Notes under the pieces: generated by a model | Told to the model about the DNA's origin: nothing | Database searches by the model: none | What the model saw: the letters and a program-made list of their open reading frames with translations, nothing else | Shown: positions 30,087-40,483 of the stretch, piece after piece | Layout of the letters: each line of letters opens with the position of its first letter | Position numbering within the stretch: the first letter of the stretch is position 1 | Made by a program: the position numbers and the translations under genes | Source of the DNA: an uncultured Akkermansia sp. | GTDB taxonomy: Bacteria > Bacteroidota > Bacteroidia > Flavobacteriales_D > Crocinitomicaceae | Direction of reading: 5' to 3' | DNA length: 64,000 nucleotides | NCBI GenBank assembly: GCA_964593935.1 | Contig: CAZQKN010000007.1 | Span: 74,004 to 138,003, forward strand

Positions 30087-31907
30087 TTAGTGCTCTTCTT
30101 CGCCTTCAGCTAATGGAACTGTCTGTGGAATGAAATCAACATCCGATCCTGGCTTAGAATAGTCGTAAGGCCATCTGTGTACTGTAGGCAATTCTCCAGG
30201 CCAGTTACCATGAATGTGTTCCACAGGTGTTGTCCATTCCAATGTATTCGAGTTCCAAGGATTCAATGGTGCCTTAGGACCTCTGTAAATACTGTAGAAG
30301 AAGTTGAACAAGAACAAGATCTGACCCAATGCCGCTATGATTGCGAACACTGTAATGATCTGGTTCAAGTCCATCATCATATTCAACGAATTCTGATCAA
30401 ATTCTCCGTACACCGTGTAATCATAGTAACGACGTGGCGCTCCAGCTATTCCCACAAAGTGCATTGGGAAGAATACTCCGTATGCTCCAACGATAGTGAT
30501 CCAAAAGTGAGCGTATCCTAAACGGGTATTCATCATTTTTCCGTACATCTTAGGGAACCAGTGGTAAACACCACCAAACATTCCAAATACAGCCGACATA
30601 CCCATTACAATATGGAAGTGTGCAACTACGAAATACGTATCGTGTACTGCGATATCCAAAGCAGAGTCAGCAAGAATGATCCCTGTTACACCACCCGTGA
30701 TGAACGTAGAAACAAGTCCTACAGCAAATAGCATCGCCGGAGTGAAGACCAAAGAACCTTTCCACAGAGTTGTCAAGTAGTTGAACACCTTCACCGCTGA
30801 TGGAATCGCGATCAACAAGGTAGTGAACACGAAAACTGATCCAAGGAATGGATTCATACCTGTAACGAACATATGGTGACCCCAAACGATAAACGATAGG
30901 AAACCAATCGCAAGGATCGAACCGATCATCGCACGGTAACCGAAGATAGGTTTTCTTGAGTTTGTTGAGATGATCTCTGATGACAAACCAAGCGCCGGAA
31001 GAAGTACGATATATACTTCAGGGTGTCCAAGGAACCAGAACAAGTGCTGGAACAAGATCGGCGAACCACCATGGTTCGTAAGCATTTCACCACCTACAAT
31101 GATATCCGAAAGATAGAAAGAGGTACCAGCCAATCGGTCCATGATCAACAACAATGCCGCTGAAAGAAGAACCGGGAAAGAAAGTACACCTAGGATCGCA
31201 GTAACGAAGAACGCCCAGATTGTTAGCGGCATTCTTGTCATGCTCATTCCTTTTGTACGTAAGTTAAGTACGGTTACGATATAGTTCAATGATCCAATCA
31301 AAGATGAAGCAATGAAGATCGCCATGGAGAACAACCAAAGGGTCATACCAAGACCTGAACCCGAAACTGCTTGTGGTAGTGCAGAAAGTGGAGGATATAC
31401 TGTCCAACCAGCCATTGCAGGACCTGATTCAACGAAAAGAGAGACAAGCATTAATACGGAGGATATGAGAAACATCCAATAGGATAACATATTCAGAAAA
31501 CCACTCGCCATATCACGAGCCCCTAGTTGAAGAGGGATCAACAAGTTCGAAAATGTCCCTGACAATCCTCCTGTCAACAAGAAGAACACCATGATCGTTC
31601 CGTGGATCGTTACCAACCCAAGATACATGTCTTCCTTCAATACACCTCCCGGTGCCCATGTCTCACCAAGGAAAAAACTCAAAAAGTCAGAGCTCTCACC
31701 TGGCCAAGCCAACTGGATACGAAAAAGGATAGAAAGGATCATCGCCACAACTCCCATGAAAACAGCCGTCATAAGGAACTGTTTTCCGATCATTTTGTGA
31801 TCCTGGCTGAAGATATACTTCGATACGAAACTTTCTTCATGATGTCCGTGATCATGATGACCATGTGAATCGTGATGTCCGTGTGCTTCGTGCGCTACTG
31901 CCGCCAT
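30087..31907 (-). CDS. ctaD: cytochrome c oxidase subunit I
   Basis: 606 aa with HPEVYIVLLPA and VWGHHMFVTG. The N-terminus is His-rich: MAAVAHEAHGHHDSHGHHDHGHHEE. Confidence 0.96.
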   Translation of the reverse strand: MAAVAHEAHGHHDSHGHHDHGHHEESFVSKYIFSQDHKMIGKQFLMTAVFMGVVAMILSILFRIQLAWPGESSDFLSFFLGETWAPGGVLKEDMYLGLVTIHGTIMVFFLLTGGLSGTFSNLLIPLQLGARDMASGFLNMLSYWMFLISSVLMLVSLFVESGPAMAGWTVYPPLSALPQAVSGSGLGMTLWLFSMAIFIASSLIGSLNYIVTVLNLRTKGMSMTRMPLTIWAFFVTAILGVLSFPVLLSAALLLIMDRLAGTSFYLSDIIVGGEMLTNHGGSPILFQHLFWFLGHPEVYIVLLPALGLSSEIISTNSRKPIFGYRAMIGSILAIGFLSFIVWGHHMFVTGMNPFLGSVFVFTTLLIAIPSAVKVFNYLTTLWKGSLVFTPAMLFAVGLVSTFITGGVTGIILADSALDIAVHDTYFVVAHFHIVMGMSAVFGMFGGVYHWFPKMYGKMMNTRLGYAHFWITIVGAYGVFFPMHFVGIAGAPRRYYDYTVYGEFDQNSLNMMMDLNQIITVFAIIAALGQILFLFNFFYSIYRGPKAPLNPWNSNTLEWTTPVEHIHGNWPGELPTVHRWPYDYSKPGSDVDFIPQTVPLAEGEEEH

Positions 31908-31936
31908 TTTATCTCTGTTTAGTTAATTATTCTCTA

Positions 31937-33178
31937 TTAATTTGCTGCAACTGCCAATGTATCAGCTGCTGGTTCTGCTGCAGGTGCCGGAGCAGCTGCT
32001 GACGCAAAGTAAGCATCCTTGAATGTCTGCTTCTTCTTATTTGTCATCCAAGTCTTGTACTCCGTCTCTGAAAGAACTACTACCATCATTTTCATCTTAT
32101 AGTGAGCCCCTCCACAGATCTTGTTGCACATCAAAACATAATTGAACTTGTCATTGTTCATTTTTTGACGCATATCAACCGTTGTAACATCAGGAGTAAA
32201 CTTGAAACGAGTGGTCATACCAGGAACTGTGTTCATCTGAGCACGGAAGTGAGGGAAGAACGCAGAGTGAATAACATCCTTGGAACGGAAGTTAAATTCG
32301 TACTCCTTATTCACACATAAATAAAGTGTATCCTTCTGGATGATGTCGTCCCAAGCAGCTGCATCGATCTTTTTATCGTGACGTTCACGCATCTGATACA
32401 ACAAACGGATCAATCTTTCTTTTCTGGAAAGATCATCCTCCATTTTCTCACGATCCTCAGGGATCAACATGATGTGATCGTCATTCAACTTTGATTCCAA
32501 AGCTTTAATTCCGGTTGGACCATTTTCCATTGCCCAGATAGCACTGTCGATGGTATTTTCAGTAATAAGGGCTAATTCGTTATTATCAAGGGTCAGTTTA
32601 TAATCAAAACGCCCAAGTTTATTGTCCTCACCTGAGTATCGAGCTGTCCAGTCAAATTGCTTTGAAAACAATTCCACTCTGATAGCTTCTTCACTTGCAG
32701 ATCCTGTTTGTTCATTCCAACTCTTTAGACCCAGGATAATAATCACAGCAAGAACACAGGCTGGAACAACGGTCCAAAGCATTTCTAATTTATTATTATG
32801 AGGATAATAAAACGCTTTTACTCCGGGTTTTCTAACATACTTAAATGCAAATCCAAAAAGAAGGGTATTTGTTAAAAAGAACACCGCCGTAATTATGACC
32901 ATATTCAAGTCAAACAACCAATCCGTTTCTTTACCATGAATCGATGCCGCCTCACCTCGTCCCGTCCATCCATAAACCAGCATAAGATATATGAACGACG
33001 CATAGAACAAGATCATGAACACCAGTAACAAGCGCGCATTCAGATTATTGTCTCTGTTGCTGATCTCATGTTCACCACGATTTCTCAGTTTTGAAGATAA
33101 TTCATACACTCTCACTAATTGAGCAAGGGCGATAACTCCAAGAACTATTACTACTAAAAAGATCAATTTTCCAGCCAT
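31937..33178 (-). CDS. cytochrome c oxidase subunit II
   Basis: 413 aa with TM helices and a CuA-type motif H...CNKICGGAHYKM. Confidence 0.9.
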   Translation of the reverse strand: MAGKLIFLVVIVLGVIALAQLVRVYELSSKLRNRGEHEISNRDNNLNARLLLVFMILFYASFIYLMLVYGWTGRGEAASIHGKETDWLFDLNMVIITAVFFLTNTLLFGFAFKYVRKPGVKAFYYPHNNKLEMLWTVVPACVLAVIIILGLKSWNEQTGSASEEAIRVELFSKQFDWTARYSGEDNKLGRFDYKLTLDNNELALITENTIDSAIWAMENGPTGIKALESKLNDDHIMLIPEDREKMEDDLSRKERLIRLLYQMRERHDKKIDAAAWDDIIQKDTLYLCVNKEYEFNFRSKDVIHSAFFPHFRAQMNTVPGMTTRFKFTPDVTTVDMRQKMNNDKFNYVLMCNKICGGAHYKMKMMVVVLSETEYKTWMTNKKKQTFKDAYFASAAAPAPAAEPAADTLAVAAN

Positions 33179-33210
33179 CTCTTTTTATTTTCCGGTAATT
33201 TTAATTCAGT

Positions 33211-34413
33211 TTAAATTTCGTGGTGCAAACTTTCGTCAAGGAAAGGATGGTTCACAGGTGATAAAGGTGCCTTTGTCAGATTATTAAGTACAATACGGAT
33301 AAATGCTCCGCAGATCATAACCACCATTCCGATCTCAAGGAAACCTATTTTAGCATTTGCTCCAAGAGAACCTGCTGAGATCATAATGTATGCATCCAAC
33401 CAGTGTCCGATCAAAATAACGATACCAACTAAGGTAAGGATACCAGCATTTCTCTTCGCATCTCTGGACATCAAAATCAGCATCGGGAATGCAAAATTGA
33501 TAAGGAACATAGAGAAATACATAACCTTAAAGTTTTCAATTCTCATCATGTAGTAAACTACTTCTTCACCAATATTCGAATACCAGATCAACATGAACTG
33601 TGAGAACCACAGGTAAGACCAAAGGAAAGAAATAGCAAAAGTCCACTTTCCAAGATCGTGAATATGAGAATCATTCACTTTAGGAAGATAGCCCAACTTT
33701 TTAAGGTATAGGGTAAGCAAAACCATTACTACCATCGCTGAAACCCACATTCCTGAGAACACATACCATCCGAATAATGTAGAGAACCAGTGCACATCGA
33801 TAGACATGATCCAGTCCCAAGATGAGGTGGAGCTGAATACCGCAAAGAAAACAAGGAACAAGGCACCTTTCTTATAATTTGTGAAGTGTAAGTCTGTTCC
33901 ACCAACCTTATCTTCTTCCAAAGAACGCTTTCTGAAGCCCATCCAGAAGATGTAGTAAACAGCCATGTAAACAACTGTTCTGATCCAGAAGAACACTTCA
34001 TTAAGGTATGCTCTCTTCCCAACGATCAACTCATCATAATGATGATTTCCTTCTGTGTAAGTTGCAGGATCCATCCATGTATAGATATGAGCTCCATGCA
34101 TAAAAGTGATCGTTAACAACGTTACAAGCATAAGGGCAATACCATAAGGTAGAAAACCTGCGACAGCCTCAATAATTCTCTTCACTGATGCATACCACCC
34201 TGTTTCAGTAGCATACTGCAGTGCAAGAAAGAACAAGGCTCCTAATGCGATAGCAAAAAAGAAGAAACTGTTGATCAAACCGTTGGTCAGCAATCTGGTA
34301 CCAAAGTGATGATCACCCATCCCCGTGATCACACCGATCACAGTGAATAACAGACCAACAACCATAAGGGCCAGTGTTACGGTCTTCGCTCTATTTGAAA
34401 TTGAGAATTCCAT
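33211..34413 (-). CDS. actF: alternative complex III membrane subunit ActF (quinol:cytochrome c oxidoreductase quinone-binding subunit 2)
   Basis: 400-aa polytopic membrane protein in the conserved position after actE. Confidence 0.85.
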   Translation of the reverse strand: MEFSISNRAKTVTLALMVVGLLFTVIGVITGMGDHHFGTRLLTNGLINSFFFFAIALGALFFLALQYATETGWYASVKRIIEAVAGFLPYGIALMLVTLLTITFMHGAHIYTWMDPATYTEGNHHYDELIVGKRAYLNEVFFWIRTVVYMAVYYIFWMGFRKRSLEEDKVGGTDLHFTNYKKGALFLVFFAVFSSTSSWDWIMSIDVHWFSTLFGWYVFSGMWVSAMVVMVLLTLYLKKLGYLPKVNDSHIHDLGKWTFAISFLWSYLWFSQFMLIWYSNIGEEVVYYMMRIENFKVMYFSMFLINFAFPMLILMSRDAKRNAGILTLVGIVILIGHWLDAYIMISAGSLGANAKIGFLEIGMVVMICGAFIRIVLNNLTKAPLSPVNHPFLDESLHHEI

Positions 34414-34433
34414 TTTCGTAGTTATTCAGATTA

Positions 34434-35171
34434 TTACTTATTCACTTTAAGGGTATCAGCTACCATAGGAGCCGCTGCGCCAGAAGCATCAAACTTACCG
34501 TAATCAGCATTCTGGAACTTTCGCACATAATGTACAAGTGTCCAGATCTCCTTCTTGTTCAACTGTGATGAGTGAGAACCCATTGCTCCTTTTCCATAAT
34601 AGATAGAGTAGAACATTTGTCCATCTGACAAAGTTGCACGGTCTGCATAAGCAGGTACACCGGCATACGCCCCACTTGCTACCATCGGGCCATTTCCATC
34701 ACCCTTTTCACCGTGACAGTGCTGACACATTGATGTATATAAAGTCTTACCTGTCTTGAACATTTCCTCAGCATTTTCAGCTGTCAACTTCAATGGATTG
34801 ACATCGTTCACTGCCGCTGCATATTCATCCGCCGCTGTAAGATCTGCTCCATAAAGACCATGTGTCTCACGGAATGCCGCATTAGCCTTACGGAAATAAG
34901 GCAACATTAGCGCCACAGTTGACGAATCTGATCCATAGAACGGAACTGTACCTGCAGGCGGAACCAAAGCTGATATTCTGGTCTTGAATTCTGCATTTTC
35001 ACGGCCTCTTATTTCGCCGTAATCAACATAAGGCTCGATCGCCGGTGAACGATACATATCAGGCATGTACTCCAATCCTGAACTGTCTGCATCAGCAGCA
35101 CAAGATCCCAAGATCAGTGTCGAAACGGCAACTACTGCCAAACTTGCTATTGCCTTGAATTTAATTTTCAT
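34434..35171 (-). CDS. actE: alternative complex III monohaem cytochrome c lipoprotein ActE
   Basis: Has a lipobox (LILGSC) and a single CQHCHG haem motif. Confidence 0.88.
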   Translation of the reverse strand: MKIKFKAIASLAVVAVSTLILGSCAADADSSGLEYMPDMYRSPAIEPYVDYGEIRGRENAEFKTRISALVPPAGTVPFYGSDSSTVALMLPYFRKANAAFRETHGLYGADLTAADEYAAAVNDVNPLKLTAENAEEMFKTGKTLYTSMCQHCHGEKGDGNGPMVASGAYAGVPAYADRATLSDGQMFYSIYYGKGAMGSHSSQLNKKEIWTLVHYVRKFQNADYGKFDASGAAAPMVADTLKVNK

Positions 35172-35224
35172 CTGTCTATCAGTTTATTTTGTCAGACGGA
35201 GCACTAAGGGTGCTACTTGGCAAA

Positions 35225-35761
35225 TTATTTAATTTCTTTTTGGTCCAGTTCAATCATTCCTGTGTCCTTCAACATTCCTTCAAGTTCCTCAGCTGTGAAC
35301 TTGTGATTGTCAGAAAGTCGGATCTCCATTACGAATTTATCATCCGTAGTACGAGGGTCCGGGTTCTGAGCAGGCATTCCAGGAAGTGTTTTGTTTCTCA
35401 ACAAATAGGTGATCGCCATACCGTGAGCTGCACACAATACCGTGAACTCGAATGTGATCGGAATGAATGCAAGAATATTGTCCAGATACGAGAAGTTAGG
35501 CTTACCTCCAATGTTCATTGGCCAGTCAACCACCATGAAATAACGCATACCTATTGTTGCAAGCGTCAATCCTGTTAAACCATAGAGAAAAGCCATGATT
35601 CCCAAGCGAGTATTCTTTACTCCAATGATCGGATCGATCCCGTGGATCGGGAATGGAGAAAATACTTCAGAGATCTTAACTCCTTTTGATACCAACTTCT
35701 TTGCGCCGTCCTTCAGCACATCGTCGTCATCGTACATTGCATATATTACTTTGTCTGCCAT
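35225..35761 (-). CDS. actD: alternative complex III subunit ActD (DUF3341)
   Basis: 178 aa with two TM helices, in the conserved operon position. Confidence 0.85.
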   Translation of the reverse strand: MADKVIYAMYDDDDVLKDGAKKLVSKGVKISEVFSPFPIHGIDPIIGVKNTRLGIMAFLYGLTGLTLATIGMRYFMVVDWPMNIGGKPNFSYLDNILAFIPITFEFTVLCAAHGMAITYLLRNKTLPGMPAQNPDPRTTDDKFVMEIRLSDNHKFTAEELEGMLKDTGMIELDQKEIK

Positions 35762-35781
35762 GTCGTAAGTTGTTATTGGGA

Positions 35782-37179
35782 TTAATGACTTTCGTTATGG
35801 TGTCCGTGATCCGGAGCGTTCTTATATGACTCACCTGAGGACTTCAGGATCGTTTTAACTTCATTCAATGCCAGAACAGGGAAGAAGCGTGCGAACAAAA
35901 GGAAGAATACAAAGAACAATCCGATTGTACCAAGATACACCCCAATATCTATGTGACTTGGATAATGCATACTCCATGAAGATGGCAAATAATCTCTGTG
36001 TAGAGATGTCACAATGATCACGTAACGCTCAAACCACATACCTATGTTCACAACGATCGAGATAATAAATGTAAAGAGTAAACTTCTTCTCAATGGTCGG
36101 AACCACATCAACTGCGGAGAAATCACGTTGCAGGTCATCATCGCCCAGTATGCCCACCAGTATGGACCAGTTGCACGGTTGATGAATGCGTATGCTTCGT
36201 ATTCCACTCCTGAGTACCAAGAGATGAACAATTCCGTAATGTAAGCTGTACCAACGATAGAACCTGTAACCATGATGACAATATTCATGTACTCCACGTG
36301 CTTCGTGTGAATGTATGCCTCAAGATTCATCGCTTTTCTCATGATCAACATAAGCGTCTGTACCATCGCAAATCCAGAGAACACGGCTCCCGCAACGAAG
36401 TATGGAGGGAAGATTGTCGTGTGCCATCCTGGAATTACAGATGTAGCGAAGTCAAATGATACGATAGAGTGAACCGAGAATACAAGTGGTGTTGCCAAAC
36501 CGGCCAAAACCAAAGACACCAATTCAAAACGATTCCAGTGCTTGGCACGCCCAGACCATCCAAAGGATAGTATTCCGTACATTTTCCTAGCCAAAGGCTT
36601 CTTAGCTCGGTCGCGAATCGTCGCAAAGTCAGGAATCAAACCAATGTACCAGAATACAAGGGAAACTGATAAATAAGTAGAGATCGCAAATACGTCCCAA
36701 AGAAGTGGTGAGTTGAAGTTAACCCAAAGTGAACCGAACTGGTTCGGCAAAGGTAGAACCCAATATCCTAACCAAAGACGACCCATGTGGATCAGTGGGA
36801 ACAATCCCGCCATAAATACGGCAAAGATCGTCATCGCCTCTGCTGAACGGTTGATCGCCATTCTCCACTTCTGACGGAACAAAAGAAGTACCGCTGAGAT
36901 AAGTGTACCGGCGTGACCAATACCTACCCACCATACGAAGTTGGTGATATCCCATGCCCATCCAATGGTCTTGTTCAATCCCCAAACCCCTACTCCGGTT
37001 CCAAGAAGGTACAGGATACTTCCCACACCATAAAGTCCTATGATGAGTGCTATCCCAAAGAGAATATACCACATCTTCGGTGCCTTGTCCTCTATCGGCT
37101 TACAAACATCTTCTGTGATGTCATGATAGGTCTTATGACCTAAGATGAGGGGCTCTCTAATTGCTGCTTCCTTATGCAT
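35782..37179 (-). CDS. actC: alternative complex III NrfD/PsrC-like membrane subunit ActC
   Basis: 465-aa polytopic NrfD-like protein. The C-terminus is [10 protein letters not shown]. Confidence 0.9.
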   Translation of the reverse strand: MHKEAAIREPLILGHKTYHDITEDVCKPIEDKAPKMWYILFGIALIIGLYGVGSILYLLGTGVGVWGLNKTIGWAWDITNFVWWVGIGHAGTLISAVLLLFRQKWRMAINRSAEAMTIFAVFMAGLFPLIHMGRLWLGYWVLPLPNQFGSLWVNFNSPLLWDVFAISTYLSVSLVFWYIGLIPDFATIRDRAKKPLARKMYGILSFGWSGRAKHWNRFELVSLVLAGLATPLVFSVHSIVSFDFATSVIPGWHTTIFPPYFVAGAVFSGFAMVQTLMLIMRKAMNLEAYIHTKHVEYMNIVIMVTGSIVGTAYITELFISWYSGVEYEAYAFINRATGPYWWAYWAMMTCNVISPQLMWFRPLRRSLLFTFIISIVVNIGMWFERYVIIVTSLHRDYLPSSWSMHYPSHIDIGVYLGTIGLFFVFFLLFARFFPVLALNEVKTILKSSGESYKNAPDHGHHNESH

Positions 37180-37198
37180 TACAACTCGATTTTATCAA

Positions 37199-40100
37199 TT
37201 AATGATGACTTTTCTTTTCTTCTCCATGACCTTCAGCACCATGATGTGCTTCAACAGCCTGAAGTAACTCAAGAGCTTCGTTCTTCTCGTTACGAACCTT
37301 TACCTTGAACCAAACATTCGGTTTAACACCGATCTCCTCAAGTGCCTGGTAAGAACGGCTGCTGTCTGAGCTCTTACGTATCATAGATTCCTTATCGTTC
37401 CAGTCTCCTACGATGATCGCATTTGTAGGACACGCATCCGCACATGCAGTCGTATAATCTCCATCAACAACCGGACGACCTTCTTTCTTAGCTGTCAACT
37501 TACCTGCCTGTATACGCTGAACACAGAATGAACACTTCTCCATTACACCTCGTGTACGAACTGTAACATCCGGGTTCAATACCATTCTTCCAAGATCATC
37601 CTGTGCAGGATTGATCTCAGTGAACTTCTTGTATGACGGATAGTTGAACCAGTTGAATCGACGAACCTTGTACGGACAGTTATTCGCACAGTAACGAGTA
37701 CCGATACATCTGTTGTACGTCATTTGGTTCAATCCTTCATTACTGTGTGTTGTTGCCGCAACCGGACAAACCGTTTCACACGGAGCGTGGTTACAGTGAT
37801 GACACATCATTGGCATGTGAACAACCTTTGGATTAACCGCTGCTACTTCAGCTGCATGATATTCGAACTCATCTGTTCGTGTACCAATAGTTGCTTCTAC
37901 ATCAGATGCAAAGTAACGGTCAATTCTCAACCAATGCATTTCACGACCACGTCTAACTTCGTCCTTACCAACAACAGGAACGTTGTTTTCAGACTGACAA
38001 GCGATCAAACATGATCCACAACCAATACAAGAAGACAGGTCAACTGTCATCCCCCATCGGTGTCCAATATTTTCAACCGGATGAGCATCCCAAAGGTCAA
38101 ATTCACCTACAGGCGCTTTAACGTGATTTCCGTGCTCATCAAGCTTCTGCAACATGTGTGCAGGATTGTATGCTTCTTTCTCTCCTTTCTTGAAGATGTC
38201 AAGTGTAGTCTCACGAACAACTGAGTGGCGACCCATTACAGTGTGGTGGATCTGCGTCGCCGCGATCGGATAAACACCGTCTACTTTCGTCATCGAACCA
38301 ACAGCTTCAAAAGCAAGCGTACCGTTCACAACATTTACAAACGGGAATGCATTAGCTCCAATTGGCGCCGGATTTCCGTTCTCAGTCGTTTCATGACCAC
38401 CGTATTCTTTTGTTTTGAAAGCAGCCTTACCAATGTTCTCACCGTTCGCTCCTCGACCGTATCCCAAAGCGATACCAACTGTCTTAAGGGCTTGACCCGG
38501 CAATGGATAAACAGGTAGGGTTACCTCGTTATTTCCAACTTTCACAGTTGCCATATTCAATCCATTCTCCTGATCAAATGTGGTAACATATCCTGCTTCC
38601 AGCATCTCTACAGGATTCATGGTGATATAGTTGTCCCATGTAGCCTTCGTCATTGGATCCGGCATCTCCTGTAACCAAGGATTGTTAGCCTGAAGACCTG
38701 TTCCGATTGCTGCTTTCTGGTACATCACCACTTCCAACTCACCACCTTTTGGCAACTGAGAAGAAAGTCCGCTCATCGCAGCGTCATTAAATGCAACTTC
38801 TGTCGCAGGAATTACAGTGTCATCAACACAACCGTTGTGAACCGCCATATTCCAATACGTATGGAAATCTGCATATTTCGTCTGACCAGGGAATCCATGT
38901 GTCTCCCAAGTCTTTTTGATGTAATCGTATGCTACCTTTGAATCTTTGCCACCACGACTCGCCTTTCCTGCCCAAACCAAAACAGATTCAATAGAAGATG
39001 CTGTATTGAACAGAGGTCGAATTGTTGGCTGACCTACAGCATAATGGCTAGCCTTTGGATTGTAATCATTCCAACTTTCCAAAGCATGATGATCAGGACA
39101 GATCAAAGAACATCTGGAGGCCGTTTCATCTGCATGTGTAGAGATGGCAACCGAAGTCTTGATCTTGGAAAGTGCCTCACCTAGTGATTTTCCTTTTGGA
39201 TGAGTGTAAACCGGATTGACACCCATGAAGATCACAACATCAGAGGCCTTACCAGCGATAACTGCATCAACGAATTTATTCATTTGATCGTCATTCGACT
39301 GATAAAGATTTACTGTATTGTCAAGTGATATAGTTTTTCCGTAGTTACCAAGAACTGCGTTCAGTTTATTGGTGAGGATCTGAACCGCTTTGTTGTTTGA
39401 TCCGCAAACAACAATCGATTCACCCTTAGAATCCTTCAACGATTTGATCGCCTCATCAGCAACTGCCTGAGCCTCCTTAGAAAGTGAGGTAGATACTCCC
39501 GAGTTAACACCAAATCCCTTCAAAATATATGAAAGAACGTTTGCTTGCTCAGAAGGCTTGATCATTCCACGATAATCTGCGTTCGATCCACTTACGGACA
39601 TTACAGACTCAAATTGGAAATGCTTAGACATCCATTCACCTTCAGGATTTCTATTTAGCCCGTACTGTGTTGCAAACTGAGTTGGCAACAACCATGTCTG
39701 CAAGAAATCTGCTCCTACACTTACGATGGTTTTGGCTTTGCTGAAGTCATAATCAGGCAACACCTTTTTTCCGAAAGAAGCCTCATTCGCAAGACGCATA
39801 CCAGCATAGGACACAGCGTCATACTGGATGTGCTCAAGCTTTCCTTCGCCTAATACGGCAGAAAGCTCTGAGATCGCCATACTCATTGAAGGGCTGATGA
39901 TCGAATTGGATACAAGCGTCACCTTGGAAGCAGACTTCAGAGCTGCCTTGACAGCATCATCAGCCGCTGACCAGGTAATTTCTTCTCCTTTCTTAGTCGG
40001 ATTCTGCAAACGTGCCGAATCATACAATCCAAGAACAGACGCGATGATCTGAGCATTTACACCTCCTCCGGTGAAACCGAAATCCTTGTTACCCTTAATG

Positions 40101-40453
40101 TAAATTGGACGACCTTCACGTGTCTTTACCAAAATACTCGCATATGAAACACCGTCATAGTATGTCGAAGCATACCAAGTCGGCATACCAGGGATCACAT
40201 CCTCAGGTTTATTTACGTAAGGGATAGCCTTTGTAACCGGAGCCTCACACGCAGCAACTGATGCAGCAGCTACACTGAAACCCAAAAATTTAAGGAAATC
40301 TCTTCGTGCAGTTGAAGTTTCCTTCAGGTTCTCGTCACCAAGGAACTCGTCAACGGTAACTTCCGCTGGAAACTCCTGATCTCTCGATTTCAGGAATTCC
40401 GGAGTCTCTTGCAATTCATCGAGACCCTTCCAGTATTTTCTTGTCATTCCCAT
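37199..40453 (-). CDS. actB: alternative complex III subunit ActB (fused molybdopterin-oxidoreductase-like and 4Fe-4S ferredoxin-like domains)
   Basis: 1084 aa with Tat-like signal ARRDFLKFLGFSVAAASVAA. Fe-S motifs are CIGCGSCLIAC, CHHCNHAPCETVCP and CIGTRYCANNCP. Confidence 0.93.
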   Translation of the reverse strand: MGMTRKYWKGLDELQETPEFLKSRDQEFPAEVTVDEFLGDENLKETSTARRDFLKFLGFSVAAASVAACEAPVTKAIPYVNKPEDVIPGMPTWYASTYYDGVSYASILVKTREGRPIYIKGNKDFGFTGGGVNAQIIASVLGLYDSARLQNPTKKGEEITWSAADDAVKAALKSASKVTLVSNSIISPSMSMAISELSAVLGEGKLEHIQYDAVSYAGMRLANEASFGKKVLPDYDFSKAKTIVSVGADFLQTWLLPTQFATQYGLNRNPEGEWMSKHFQFESVMSVSGSNADYRGMIKPSEQANVLSYILKGFGVNSGVSTSLSKEAQAVADEAIKSLKDSKGESIVVCGSNNKAVQILTNKLNAVLGNYGKTISLDNTVNLYQSNDDQMNKFVDAVIAGKASDVVIFMGVNPVYTHPKGKSLGEALSKIKTSVAISTHADETASRCSLICPDHHALESWNDYNPKASHYAVGQPTIRPLFNTASSIESVLVWAGKASRGGKDSKVAYDYIKKTWETHGFPGQTKYADFHTYWNMAVHNGCVDDTVIPATEVAFNDAAMSGLSSQLPKGGELEVVMYQKAAIGTGLQANNPWLQEMPDPMTKATWDNYITMNPVEMLEAGYVTTFDQENGLNMATVKVGNNEVTLPVYPLPGQALKTVGIALGYGRGANGENIGKAAFKTKEYGGHETTENGNPAPIGANAFPFVNVVNGTLAFEAVGSMTKVDGVYPIAATQIHHTVMGRHSVVRETTLDIFKKGEKEAYNPAHMLQKLDEHGNHVKAPVGEFDLWDAHPVENIGHRWGMTVDLSSCIGCGSCLIACQSENNVPVVGKDEVRRGREMHWLRIDRYFASDVEATIGTRTDEFEYHAAEVAAVNPKVVHMPMMCHHCNHAPCETVCPVAATTHSNEGLNQMTYNRCIGTRYCANNCPYKVRRFNWFNYPSYKKFTEINPAQDDLGRMVLNPDVTVRTRGVMEKCSFCVQRIQAGKLTAKKEGRPVVDGDYTTACADACPTNAIIVGDWNDKESMIRKSSDSSRSYQALEEIGVKPNVWFKVKVRNEKNEALELLQAVEAHHGAEGHGEEKKSHH

Positions 40454-40483
40454 ATGCTTATTTCGACTTCTTCTATTAAATAA

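Noticed and set aside
31937-33178. CuA motif of oxidase subunit II reads CNKICGGAHYKM (Lys where many oxidases have Glu)
   Set aside because: All metal-liganding Cys, His and Met positions are present. The substitution is likely clade-typical and I cannot evaluate it without an alignment.
35189-35578. 129-aa plus-strand ORF
   Set aside because: It lies entirely antisense to actD and the actE-actD junction, with no start context and no recognisable features.
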